This document shows positions 40,311-51,462 of a stretch of DNA of 64,000 nt, in pieces. A program made the translations under genes and the position numbers. The DNA is from Octopus sinensis (taxonomy: Eukaryota), in the NCBI RefSeq assembly GCF_006345805.1, contig NC_043022.1, positions 1,612,001-1,676,000 of the forward strand, read 5' to 3'. Each line of letters begins with the position of its first letter. Within the stretch, counting starts at the first letter, position 1. The notes beneath the pieces are model-generated. The model saw only the letters and a program-made list of their open reading frames with translations. It did not search any database and was not told the origin of the DNA.

Positions 40311-40954
40311 TATATATATATATATGTGTATAAGTGATGACCACTAAGTGGATATCCAATATGCTAGAAGAACAGCGTAAGACAGATGAAAATATACACA
40401 ATACAGAATTAATCGTAGAATGGTTTTGCCATTAACGATATTTACTAATGTAATTCTCGTCTCTGAACTTAACCATCCTAACATTCTTATACAGAGAAAA
40501 CTCATCTCATTGGGGGGGGGGGGGATAAAGCGATTATCTCCCTTATACTGGAAGAAATCCCTGATTACCTCCCCCTGCCTGGAAGTCTTCTTTACACTTC
40601 ATAACAAAGACATGATACGATGTAGGTAAAGACATTTGAGAAATTTGAAAAGTTTACACGAATCGGTAATTTCTTCAAAAACTATGTTACTATACACAAA
40701 ATTTTATAACATTTTTCTAACATAACGACTTAAATATATTCTTTAACCTTATAAAACAAGCCTTCTGTAGTTTTTTCACGCTTTTCTATTTTATATATAT
40801 ATATATACCGGAGTAAACACATAAATGTGAAACAAGGTGGAAAAATTAGTACTCAAATACCAGGGGTAGAGTAATATGCTTTATTTCAAAGCAGCAGAAA
40901 ATTCAACAAAACCTGTTACTCTGAGTTTCGTCGGACAGTTTTTGCTAGAAAAAA

Positions 40955-40992
40955 CTGTCCGACGAACGGGAACGTGAAACTCAGAGTAACAG
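40955..40992 (+). ncRNA. Minimal type I hammerhead-like motif, U4C variant, in one arm of a long hairpin (40879-41026)
   Basis: ctgt-CCGACGA-ACG(GGAA)CGT-GAAAC-TCAGA-GTA-acag. Confidence 0.7.
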
Positions 40993-41445
40993 GTTTTGTT
41001 GAATTTTCTGCTGCTTTGAAATAAAGTATATATATATTATATACATATATATTTTAAATATTCTGCCTATTATATGTTCAAACTGGCTAGATCTGGTCTC
41101 TCACACCTACCCTACAATCTCATTCTAAGCAATAAACAATGACATCATTGAAATCTCAGAAGCTATGAAATAAAGCAGGACTAATTAAAAATGATGTGAC
41201 TAAATAATCGTTAGATTTGACAGAGTTATCTAAATCCCAAAGGTTTAAACACTATCTTCATGGACTAGAAATGTGTTGAGTTCATAATCCTTGTTGCAAG
41301 TCGGTGGAGCAACAGGATGGGTCCTGGCCCTCGACTGCCTTGTGACAAGAATCATGTTACAAACAGAATCCAGAATGAAATGACTATGACAAGAAGAAGA
41401 AGAAGAAGAAATGACCTGCGATGTTTACTTACTGAGTGAATCAGA

Positions 41446-41571
41446 TCAGACATTCTGGGACTTGACTTCGCCATTTTGTCTTGGCTGATGGTTGCTGACA
41501 GGACTGTTACCGGTTTTCTGAGCTGCCATTTCTGCCTGCATTTTGGCCAACATCTCTTTCATTTGACGGAG
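41446..41571 (-). CDS. SEPT2: Septin last coding exon: LRQMKEMLAKMQAEMAAQKTGNSPVSNHQPRQNGEVKSQNV*
   Basis: ttgcag acceptor, phase 0; continues EKEAE-LRxMxEM; TGA at 41446-41448. Confidence 0.92.
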   Translation of the reverse strand, partial: LRQMKEMLAKMQAEMAAQKTGNSPVSNHQPRQNGEVKSQNV

Positions 41572-41955
41572 CTGCAAGAGGAGGAGGAGGAGGAAGAAGA
41601 GAGAGAGAGATGAGTTATTGTGGTGGTGGTGGTGGTGGTAATGATGACACTATTGGAGGAGGAGGAGGTGTAAGGAAACTGATGGGGGTAAGCAATAAGA
41701 GGAGGAGGAGGAATGGTAGGTGAGTGGTGGTGGGAGAGTTGATGAAAGAGAAAGGAAAACAGAGAGGGGGAAAAGTAGACCAGAAGAGTCAGACAGAAAG
41801 AAGAGGAAGAAAAGGAGAGAGAGAAACATATGGAGAGAAGGTGGAGGAGGAGGTTTAGTTAAACCTGACAGAATTGCAAGGAAATAAACTGGACAAAGTT
41901 GTCCATAAGAGTGGACACATTCACTTTAATGTCTGTCCTTTTGTATATATGTACA

Positions 41956-41987
<32 letters not shown>

Positions 41988-42231
41988 CGTGTGTATATAC
42001 GTGTGTGTATATATATGTGTATATATATGTATGTATATGTATATATATGTATGTATATGTATGTATGTATGTATATGTATGTATGTGTATGTATATATAT
42101 GTATGTATGTATATATATATGAATATATTTGACCTTGATGTTCATATGTAGTGGGTTAATAAATTATGTGATTGGGTATTATCTGGTAGTTGATTATTCA
42201 TTAAGGTGTATTTCTCCATTTTCTTATTTTG

Positions 42232-42266
<35 letters not shown>

Positions 42267-42404
42267 ATATATACATACATATACATGTATATGTATATAT
42301 ACATGTATGTATATATATATACTGTATATATATGTGTGTATATATGTATATGTATATATATGTGTATATGTTAGAGACACACAATATCAAACAATTTCTC
42401 TTAC

Positions 42405-42486
42405 CTCAGCCTCTTTCTCCATTAAAGCTTGTTCACGATCAGTGGCTTCTGGCTGTTGCACACCACTTCGACTGGTTCGTTGTTTA
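42405..42486 (-). CDS. SEPT2: Septin exon: (V)[27 protein letters not shown]
   Basis: 82 bp, tttcag/gtaaga, phase 2 to 0, which bridges its neighbours exactly; EKEAE matches the SEPT2-group coiled-coil start. Confidence 0.9.
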
Positions 42487-43607
42487 CTGAAATGAAAGAA
42501 AACAAAACAAATAAAATTAAGCAGTAGCGGTCAACTGGATAAGGAGCCCTAGGGACTCCAAGACAGTAATGCGTGGGGTGGTTCTGATCTTAAAAGTCAA
42601 CTAAAATGGATGTCAGTTTCAATGACAAATATTAATTTGTTCAATCAACTACTTGCTCACTAAATTAGCATCTTAGTGGCCGAGTATTCCACAGACACAT
42701 GTATCCATAATGTATTTCTCAGCTGGGACCAGTGCAACAAGACTGGACCTTTAAATCCCAGCTGCATTCCATCCAATAACCTTTCATACCAATTTGTCAA
42801 GCTAATTTCATTGACATGGCTTGGGGTGTTGGCCCAAGTTGACATTATTTCCCTTTGCTGAACATCAGTGCCATGGAGAGGAGATACTTGAATATATATG
42901 GGTAACTGTCAGTCTTGCTCAAAATATTTGGTCAAGGCCTGCACACACTTGTGCAAATGGAAGGTCAACATCGACTGACCGACTGACCGACAGAAGCCCT
43001 GCAAGTGTTAAAACCCTTCAGCATTCAAATTACTCTGTCATATGAAATTCATATTGATTCACATCATTTTGAATTAATCAAGTGTTATCTTGTCGCTTTG
43101 AGATTTCGCTGATGTGACGATTTTTATTTTTAGAGTGACATTGTAGAGTAGGTGTGAGAGGCCAAACCTGGCTCGTGTGAACATCAAGTACACACAATAT
43201 TTGGGCCAGATAATGGCTGGTTGAAATGCAGAAGTTTTAAAAACTAACAATATACCCTAGAAGACAAAAATCCAATTTCTCCCATAAGTCAATGCCAACC
43301 TCATTTCTATCCAGGATAATCCAGATTCTGTAAGGGTAAAAGTACATTATTTAAGGTGTCACGATCTTTGTTCTGTGGTCGTGGTGGTGATGCTAGTGTA
43401 GCAGTGGAGGATGTAGTTTGCTTCTAGTTGTGATATCAAAGTTATCTCCCCTCAAACAAGTTCCAGAAGATTGACAAATCCCAATCAAACAGTTGGTGTT
43501 ATTTACTGAACAAACATTAAACACTTTTGTCACCATATTTCTGTCGAAATGCTTTGCCTTTTATTTCAATTAATTTTTATAATAACAAAGAATTTAGGAA
43601 AATAACC

Positions 43608-43869
43608 TTTACATCTGATGGATATTGGTCCTCATCTTGTTTGTTGTTAACACAACGTTTCGGCTGATATACTCTCCAGCCTTCATCAGGTTTCTTGGGG
43701 AAATTTCGAACCTGGGTTCTCGTTCCTAAGGTATTTTCCGATATTATTATTATTATTATTCAGGTCACTGCCTGGAATCGAACTCAGAATCTTAGGGTTA
43801 GTAGCTCGTGCTCTTAACTAGAAAGCTATATGCCCATAGGCACATTTCTCATCTCTTAAATATAGAACT
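43608..43869 (-). mobile_element. tRNA-headed hammerhead SINE, locus 2 (intact HHR core 43647-43694; inverted 24-nt tail 43846-43869), inserted in a piggyBac-like MITE
   Basis: Same head and tail as locus 1; the flanks rejoin into a copy of the 60667-60893 MITE family. Confidence 0.85.
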
Positions 43870-43990
43870 TTGTCATTATTATTAAGTTGGTGTTTGGTAA
43901 ATAAATTGACAAAATTTTTCTGGAATGTTTTAATTTAGATCGCTTCAATCTTTTTCTTGCCATATTTCTGTTGAAATCCACAGACTTTTC

Positions 43991-44340
43991 AGTTCTATAT
44001 TTAAGAGATGAGGAATTGTGTACATTATTTACATTCGACAGATATTTGTCCTCATCTTGTTTGTTGTTAATGTTTTGGTTGATATACCCTCCAGCCTTCT
44101 TCAAGTAGTGGTTAAGAGCGTGGGCTACTAACCCCAAGATTCTGAGTTTGATTCCAGGCAGTGAGCTCAACAACGACGACGACGGCGACAACAACAACAA
44201 CATCATCATCATCATCATCAAAAAATACCTTCGAAATTTCCCCAACACACCTGATGAAGGCTGGAGGGTATATCAGCTGAAACGTTGTGTTAACAACAAA
44301 CAAGATGAGGACAAATATCCGTCGAATGTAAATAATGTCC
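43991..44340 (+). mobile_element. tRNA-headed hammerhead SINE, locus 3 (inverted 3' fragment 43991-44105 plus main copy from 44106; HHR 44247-44290)
   Basis: Flanked by 12-bp direct repeat tccacagacttt (43977-43988, 44338-44349). Confidence 0.87.
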
Positions 44341-44632
44341 ACAGACTTTGTTTTGATGCTCAATATTCATCCTTTGGATACCAGCCTCAATAAACTTAAT
44401 AATAATAATGAAAAAATTATTTCACTAAATTCATTATTTTCTAACTTAATTGAAACAGTCACAAAATCCTAAAGTCTTGTTCTCTTCCATCCTCCGCAGA
44501 CCATTTAACATCCAAGATTTTTATTTTATTGATTTCTCACTACTTCCATGTAAATATCATGGCAAACTACGTCCAGACATACTTCGAAGTTACAGTCGAA
44601 GGAGACGGAAAACGAACGCGAATAATACTCAC

Positions 44633-44719
44633 ACTACTTTGCCACCGGCCAACTTCTCAGCTCGGAAGTTTTCGTAATGTATTTCTTGTGTTACCTCTTG
44701 CAGGTCCTGCATATGTGTG
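44633..44719 (-). CDS. SEPT2: Septin exon: [29 protein letters not shown]
   Basis: 87 bp, cttcag/gtgagt, phase 2/2; THMQDL...HYENFR motif. Confidence 0.95.
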
Positions 44720-44856
44720 CTGAAGAGATTCAAATAGGAAGGAAGAGGGGAAAAAATAAAAATTAAAAAACAACAAATGTCAAAGGTTACAAATATTAAA
44801 TGATGATGAATCCTCACACTATCATTTTTTTAAAAAAAAGAAAAAGGTCCAGAACA

Positions 44857-45115
44857 GGCATGTGTGGTAAGGAGCCTGCTTCCCAACCTCTTAGTTCTGG
44901 GTTCAGTCCCATTGCGTGGCACCTTGTGCATGCGTGTATGTGTGTGTCTATTGTATGTGTGTGTGTATGTATGTATGTATTTGCGTGTGTGTGTATGTAT
45001 TTATTTGCGTGTGTGTGTTTTTCCCACGACCATTGTTTGACAGCCAATGTTGGTGTTTATGTCCCTGTAACTTAGCAGTTTGGCAAAAGAGACTAATAGA
45101 ATAAGTACTAAGCTT
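44857..45115 (+). mobile_element. SINE family A
   Basis: Alignment to other copies. Confidence 0.75.
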
Positions 45116-45241
45116 ATAAAAGAATACAACGGAGAATTGAGTGTTGGAAAATAAACTGGTGTTTAGGGGCTGGTTTCAGGAAGGACACAAGTTAATCCTG
45201 AGACCGACAAGCAGCCCCTGCTAATAAACCGTCTTCTAGTT

Positions 45242-45429
45242 CAGTGCGTCGCAACCAGAATGCCATGGCACACTGGTGTGACACAAGACGATGCAAGGTG
45301 TGCCACAGTATAACCTGAATATAATTTTTTTTTGCCTATTCTTTTGGTTATATTTTTAGTTCAGGTGTGGCGCCAAATTTGGAAAACAATATAAGTGAAC
45401 CACAAGTGGAAAGCGGTTGCAGAGCACTG
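45242..45429. mobile_element. Old hAT/Charlie-like MITE
   Basis: cagtgcgtcgcaacc versus ggttgcagagcactg TIRs; 5/8 match between putative 8-bp TSDs. Confidence 0.5.
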
Positions 45430-46033
45430 GTCAAGCTCAGCATCTTTGAGGGCAAGAGGAATGAAAAACATCTTATTCGAAGCAAAGGGTAAGAGTTAGT
45501 GACAGGAAAGGCATCCACCTGTAAAACTTAGCCTTAATACAGGCAGCAGGGATTATTGCACTGCAGGTTGCTTATACACCGTAGAAAACCTGAGATAAGC
45601 CATACCTTATGATCCTGTAGGGTTGTGAGAGTCAGGAAGGGCATGAAGTTGTGTGAACATCCATGCAATATTTACAAACGTATCCCACATGCATTGCTGT
45701 TGAATGGGGGAGGGGAAAATAGGTGGGGGAAGTGAAATAATTTACCTTAATGAAGGCAATCAAGTCATTTAAAGACTAATTGTTTGATTTGACTAATTAA
45801 ATATAGCAGTGTTTTAATTAGGAAATTACAGGTCAGCCCGTGGCTGTAAGATGACCACAGATTAGAGAAAACTACATGGGAGATATTGTAGTGTAATTGC
45901 TGTTTCAAATGGATTGGGAAGATTAAATACTAAACACAAAGAGATGGAGAGATAGAGAGATCAAGGGAGAAAGAGAGAGGAATAGAGAGAAGGACAAAAA
46001 GATTGTGTGTGTGTGTGTGTGTATACATATATA

Positions 46034-46247
46034 CAGGGTGGCCCAGAAGTAGGTTTACAGTGATTCAATTATCTCTTTCGCATTCATATATAAACAGTCC
46101 AGATCTTAATTATAAAAATAGATATGAAACCATTATTCTATGCTAACTGAGTTAATTGTAAGATAGAGATTTAAATGTAATGAAACCTTTTAAAAGAAAT
46201 TTTAAGTGCCTACGTAATTACCGTAAACCTAGGTTTGGGCCACCCTG
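46034..46247. mobile_element. Tc1/mariner-type MITE, 214 bp
   Basis: About 28-bp TIRs starting cagggtggccca, TA on both flanks. Confidence 0.85.
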
Positions 46248-46324
46248 TATGTGTATATAATAGAGAGACAGAGAGTAAAGGAGAGAGAGAGAGAGAGAGA
46301 CAGATAGATAGAAGATTATATATA

Positions 46325-46656
46325 CAGTAGTACCTCGGTTTTCGAACAACTCTGATCGCAAATAAATCATGCTTTATATATCATCATCATCATTGTTTAA
46401 CGTCTGCTTTCCATGCTAGCATGGGTTGCACGGTCTGATTGAGGACTGGTGAACCAGATAGCTGCACCAGGCTCCAATCTGATCTGGCAAAGTTTCTACA
46501 CCTGGATGCCCTTCCTAATGCCAACCACTCCGAGAGTGTAGTTGGTGCTATTACATACCACCGGCACAAGGGCCAGTCAGGCGGTACTGGCAACGGCCAT
46601 GCTCAAATGGTGCTTTTTACGTGCCACCTGCACAGGTGGCACTGGCAACAACCTTG

Positions 46657-46695
<39 letters not shown>

Positions 46696-46823
46696 CATAA
46701 TTTATTCACAATCGGAGGCGTTTGTAAACCGAGGTTCTGCTGTATTAAATGAATATCAGAAAGAAAGGAGGTAAAGCACGATTTATTTGTGATCAGAGTT
46801 GTTCGAGAACTGAGGTTCTCCTG
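46325..46823. mobile_element. pogo/Tigger-like MITE termini (one left, two right) around a SINE insertion
   Basis: cagtagtacctcggttttcgaac... at 46325-46376; reverse-complement copies at 46691-46742 and 46772-46823. Confidence 0.65.
46381..46655 (-). mobile_element. SINE family E
   Basis: Alignment to 38390-38575. Confidence 0.8.
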
Positions 46824-46827
46824 TGTG

Positions 46828-46872
<45 letters not shown>

Positions 46873-46941
46873 ATATATATATATACACACACACCACATA
46901 CATTCATACGAGAGAGTTGAAGGGAAAGAGAGAATACTTAC

Positions 46942-47087
46942 ATCAACATTGTCCTTAGTTTAATAAAATCACAGTGATCGGGGTTTTCGACCTCCACAAC
47001 TCCCCACGGGTAACGCCGACCTCGCACCTTTTTCCCATTCACCTCGAAAGATTCACTTGAACCAACAACAGCAAAAGGCACTGCTTC
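46942..47087 (-). CDS. SEPT2: Septin exon with septin unique element: [48 protein letters not shown]
   Basis: 146 bp, ttacag/gtaagt, phase 0 to 2; GRxYPWG motif. Confidence 0.97.
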
Positions 47088-47232
47088 CTGTAAAACAACC
47101 ACATCGCAAATACAAATCAAATCAGCCACTTGGCACACAAGGGGAGAAGTGACCCACACCCCAAAGAAAAAATATGAAAATAGTTTTTAATGGTTCTACT
47201 TTTAACCATTTACCCCATGTAAACATGTAAAA

Positions 47233-47267
<35 letters not shown>

Positions 47268-47841
47268 TGTTATGAGTTTGATTCCCAACTTGTGTTCTTT
47301 GGTTAGGAACCTCATTTCATGTTGTGCAAGGCCTCGCAGCTGAAAATGTGTTACATCTATAGCAAAGTGGACCCCTCATGGACAATTAGCCCCAAATTCT
47401 TGCAAAAAGTAGGTTGTCAATGGCCCTTGGTGGCTACAGCACACTGGATGATGTATGATGCTTAGTATTTTAGCATGAGAAAGAGAAGCAAAGAGGAAGA
47501 GAGAAAACTAGACCAGTGGTCAGCTGGTATTCATTTCCGGTTGAGTGGCCTGAAGCAATGTGACGTGAAGTCTCTTGCTTAAGGGCACAACATACCCCAC
47601 CAAAACTGATCAGGAGTTGATGCATGCATGATCTTATGATCAAGTCGTTAGTGCACTGACCCCAATGCACCAATGCACTAACGACTTGGCCAATAGAAAT
47701 GCATCCATCAGGTCTGACAGAAAAAGTAACTTCAGGGAAACTGATGAAGAGTTTGTCTAAAAGAGAGTCTGTGATGAGAGAGTGAGAGAAGAGAGAGAGA
47801 GAGAGAGAGAGATGAGAGAGAGAGAGGTTGAGTAGAATTAC

Positions 47842-47943
47842 TTTCAACTGCCGACATTGCTCTTTGTAATCATCATCTTCGTCAGAGTCACAGTCTGGGA
47901 GGGGGTAGATGTTGATTCCGTATTCATCGATTTGGTCCATTAT
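47842..47943 (-). CDS. SEPT2: Septin exon: IMDQIDEYGINIYPLPDCDSDEDDDYKEQCRQLK
   Basis: 102 bp, ctgcag/gtaatt, phase 0/0. Confidence 0.96.
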
Positions 47944-48038
47944 CTGCAGCAGACAAAAAATAAAGAATATCAAATATACATGTGTGGCTAGGCTGAAACA
48001 CACACACACACACACTCATCTATAGAGACATGTTTGTG

Positions 48039-48073
<35 letters not shown>

Positions 48074-48076
<3 letters not shown>

Positions 48077-49952
48077 CGGGAAGCTTTATGAAAATAAACA
48101 AAAGACGAGGCCAGGTGGAAAACAAACGAACAATTGTATTAGTATGGCGCTCAGGAAATATAAATAAAACAAGTCTTTAACGTTTCGAGCCTACGCTCTT
48201 CAACAGAAAGATACACAGAGAGAGAAAAACACAGAAAGAAGGAGAGAAAAAAAATGCGTGCAGTAGCTAACGAATCAACATGGCGATCTGATTTCGGCCA
48301 GAGGTCAAAGATCAAACATGAGACGCGAGAGCGAAATAAGGGGAGATAATAGGGTTGATAAAATGGTTGAGGGACCAGCTAAAAGTGCGTGGGAGGGGTC
48401 TGGATGTGTGTATGTATAGGGTTGGTGTATGTATTAGTATGTATAAGGGTGTGTGTGTGTGTATGAGAGAGTATTAGTGCGTAAGATTGGTCTGGACGTG
48501 CGTATGTATGGGGTTGGTGTATGTATTAGTATGTATTAGTACGTATTGGTATGTATAGGTGTGTGTGTGTGTGTGTGAGAGAGTATAAGTGCGTATGCGG
48601 GGTCTGGACGTGTGTATGTATAGGGTTGGTGTAAGTATTAGTATGTATTAGTACGTATTAGTATGTATTAGTTGGTGTGTATTAGTAGGCACATCATATG
48701 TGATGTGATGTGTAAAGTCATGTGGTGTAGTGAGGAGAAGAGGGGAGGGGAGAAGAGGGGGGAGAGAAGGGGAGGGGAGGAGAGGATGGGGGAGAAGAAG
48801 GGGATGAGGGGATGAAGGAGGAAAGAGGGGGAGAGAGAAGGGGAGAGAGGGAGTGGGGAGCAGAGGGAAGGGGAATGAGGGAGAAAGAGGGAAGAAGGGA
48901 AGGGGAGTAGGGTGAAAGGATGAGGACTGAAGAAGTAGGGTCGGGGGAGAGAGGATAGGTGAGGAGGGGGAGAGTTGAGACCAAATGGCGTATAAGAGCG
49001 AAGAGAGAAGATTAATTCCTGTTCACGGCGCAAACGGGAATCCGGATGGCCTCTGTGTAAGGACAACCGAACACAGATAGGTGTTGCAAGGAGTGACCGG
49101 TGGAGCGGAAATGGCGTGAGACCGGTGTGTCGTTCGCAAGGTGGATGTCACGAAGGTGTTCCGCGAACCGGTCAGCCAAGCGGCGTCCCGTTTGTCCGAT
49201 GTACAAGGAATTGCAGAGAGAGCAAGAGATGCAATAGATAATATTGCTGGAGGTGCAGGTGAAGGAGTGGATGATTGGATAGGGTCGATGGTGGGTGCTA
49301 GTGAGGCGGGTGGTGTTGGAGAGGTAAGGGCAAGTGCGGCAACGTGGGCGGGAGCAGGGGAACGAGCCGGGTTGGGAGGTAGGGTCAGGGAAGGAGCTAT
49401 GGACCAAAAGGTCTCGAATGTTGTGGGCTCGTTTGAAAGAGGGGAGGGGTCGGTTAGGGAAGAGGTTTGAATGGACGGGTCGGACTGGAGATGACGGAAA
49501 GCTCGAAGAATGGTGCGTTGGAGACGTAGGGTCGTGGGGTGGTAAGTGAGGGGAAAAGGGAGGCGGGAGACTACAGGGCGGGTTCGGGGAGAGAGCATAC
49601 ACGGTCCACGGACCGTGCTCTGGCAAGGGCGGTGTGGATAGTGGTGAGGGGGTATCCACGTAGGGTGAAGTGGTGAGCCATACGTTGAGACTGAGTCTCA
49701 AAGTCATGGTCGTCACTACAGAGCCTACGTAGACGGAGGAATTGGGAATAGGGGATGGAAAGCTTGGTGTGTTCTGGGTGGGAGGAAGAGAAGTTGAGGT
49801 ATGAGTGTGAGTGTGTGTTTGTAGTGAATGGAGGTGGTAAGAGTGGAGTGAAGAATGCTAACCGAAATGTCGAGGAAGGAGACAGAGGTGTTGGAGATAG
49901 TGGAAGTGAAGTGGAGGGCTGGATGGAAAGATTGGACGAAAGAGAGGAAGGA
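48074..49952 (-). mobile_element. 5'-truncated Penelope-like retroelement: RT C-terminus, GIY-YIG endonuclease and 3' terminus with HHR-like motif; frameshifted
   Basis: Minus-strand translations SFHPALHFT...SFLDISV...SHSYLNFSSSHP...SIPYSQFLRLRRLCS, PLTYHP, YCISCSLCNSLYIGQTGRRLADRFAEH and REQELIFSLRSYTPFGLN lie in different frames. Confidence 0.93.
48174..48211 (-). ncRNA. Minimal type I hammerhead-like motif at the PLE 3' end, with A6U core variant
   Basis: tcttt-CTGTTGA-A-GAGC(GTAG)GCTC-GAAAC-GTT-aaaga: 5-bp helix I, 4-bp helix II, palindromic AACGTT. Confidence 0.65.
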
Positions 49953-50236
49953 ATCTACAAGACTGAAAAAAGGAAAATGTCCCTTGCATTTGAAAACTAT
50001 GGAAATATTTTAAAAAAACATTTTAGTTAATTTTTCCACAATTTAATTGTCTTTCATGCTTTACTCTTAGTTCAAAAAGTTGCAAAGACTGAAACCGGTA
50101 CTAAAATGTTCTTCATGGTAAAATTATTTCAGCATTTTCTACCTTGTCTTATTTTCCTTATACATATCAGCTCATGTGTTCCTTTCCAACCTTCTACATT
50201 ATATAGATAGAGAGAGAGAGATGTACATAAGGTTTA

Positions 50237-50545
50237 TACAAGATCTGATCAAAATATGTATCATCAGGATTGGTGCTATAAAAAAAACCCACAACACATT
50301 TCAATTCAGCATTGAATCTCCTTTGAAGTAATCCCATTTTGAAGCCACACACTTTTTATCCAGCAGTGCTCCCACTGAAGGAAGCATTCCTGGAACTCCT
50401 TTTTTTGGAAGAGCAGCTGCCTTGTTGCATTCTTCTGGATTTCCTCGACATCTTGAAAATCTTTTTTTTCCCTTCTTTCAAGTGGGATTTTTTGATTTTT
50501 GGAAAGATCCTTGGCTGTAACAACCTTCAAATCATGTCTCTCCCA

Positions 50546-50577
<32 letters not shown>

Positions 50578-50800
50578 ATTTTCTCTGCCACAATCACTGA
50601 CGGAACCTCTGTGATGTGGTGAGACAACCACACTCAACACACTTTACTTCCAAGCTTTGTTACAAACAACGGATGTGAGCCGGAACATTAAAACTCAATG
50701 GTCCATGCATGACAGAGTTCACGGTCAGTCTGTGCCAAGTGGTTTCACTCTGCAGACTTTAGCTTTCTTAATATAGCAACAGTCCCGACATATTTTTAGT
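50237..50800 (-). mobile_element. Degenerate internally deleted mariner; transposase C-terminus
   Basis: ORF 50306..50593 FQDVEEIQKNAT...EFQECFLQWEHCWIKSV resembles mariner C-termini; degenerate TIR-like ends. Confidence 0.75.
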
Positions 50801-50913
50801 CCTTCCTTCATTGACAATCAAAAGCTTTTAATATTTCTGCTGGCAACCCATCAAAGCAACTAAATTACATCCAATTATTTCTTTTTGTTCTTTTAAATCC
50901 GAAAACAACTTAC

Positions 50914-51031
50914 TTTTCTCTTTAGATTCAAGACTTCTTTTTTGGTGAGTGTGTCAGCCTTGGCGAGGACTGGGACAATGTTGACTTTGTGGTGAACAGC
51001 TTTCATGAATGAAATATCCAAAGGTTTCAGG
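50914..51031 (-). CDS. SEPT2: Septin exon with G4 AKAD: [39 protein letters not shown]
   Basis: 118 bp, tttcag/gtaagt, phase 2 to 0. Confidence 0.97.
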
Positions 51032-51239
51032 CTGAAAGACAACAACAACAACAACAATAAATAACAGAAGCACTCAGAGAGTGCAAACCTCTGCCAAGGC
51101 AACACCAACGTCTTCTCAACAATTAGCCAGAGATGATTTTTAAAATGAGAATATCTGAAATAAACTTGACTTCTCTCACAAACGAGAATACTAAAAATGA
51201 ACCTGACTACTCTCAAAAGTTAAGTAAAAAAAGCAGGAA

Positions 51240-51424
51240 AAATAATCCAGGATCCTTGTCTGGTACTGGATTGATCCCAAAATCTAATCAGTTTGTGCCA
51301 GTCACGAGGCCAAACATCCCTGAAAGTTTCATCCGAATCCATCCAGTGGTTCTTGAGATGTCCACGGATGAACAAACACAACTGAAAACAATACCTCCAC
51401 CTTCGTTAAGGCAGAGGTAATAAT
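51240..51424 (-). mobile_element. Helentron/DINE-1-like non-autonomous element; inverted copy at 58196-58358
   Basis: Terminal ttattacctctgcctt-agtg-aaggcagaggta hairpin followed by (TTTG)n in the 58196 copy; family assignment by resemblance. Confidence 0.55.
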
Positions 51425-51462
51425 TATGATAAGACTAGTACTACTACCAATAATGAAGGCAC

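Noticed and set aside
32990-44165. tRNA genes at the heads of SINE copies
   Set aside because: They keep A/B boxes but lack a pairing acceptor stem and continue into SINE bodies
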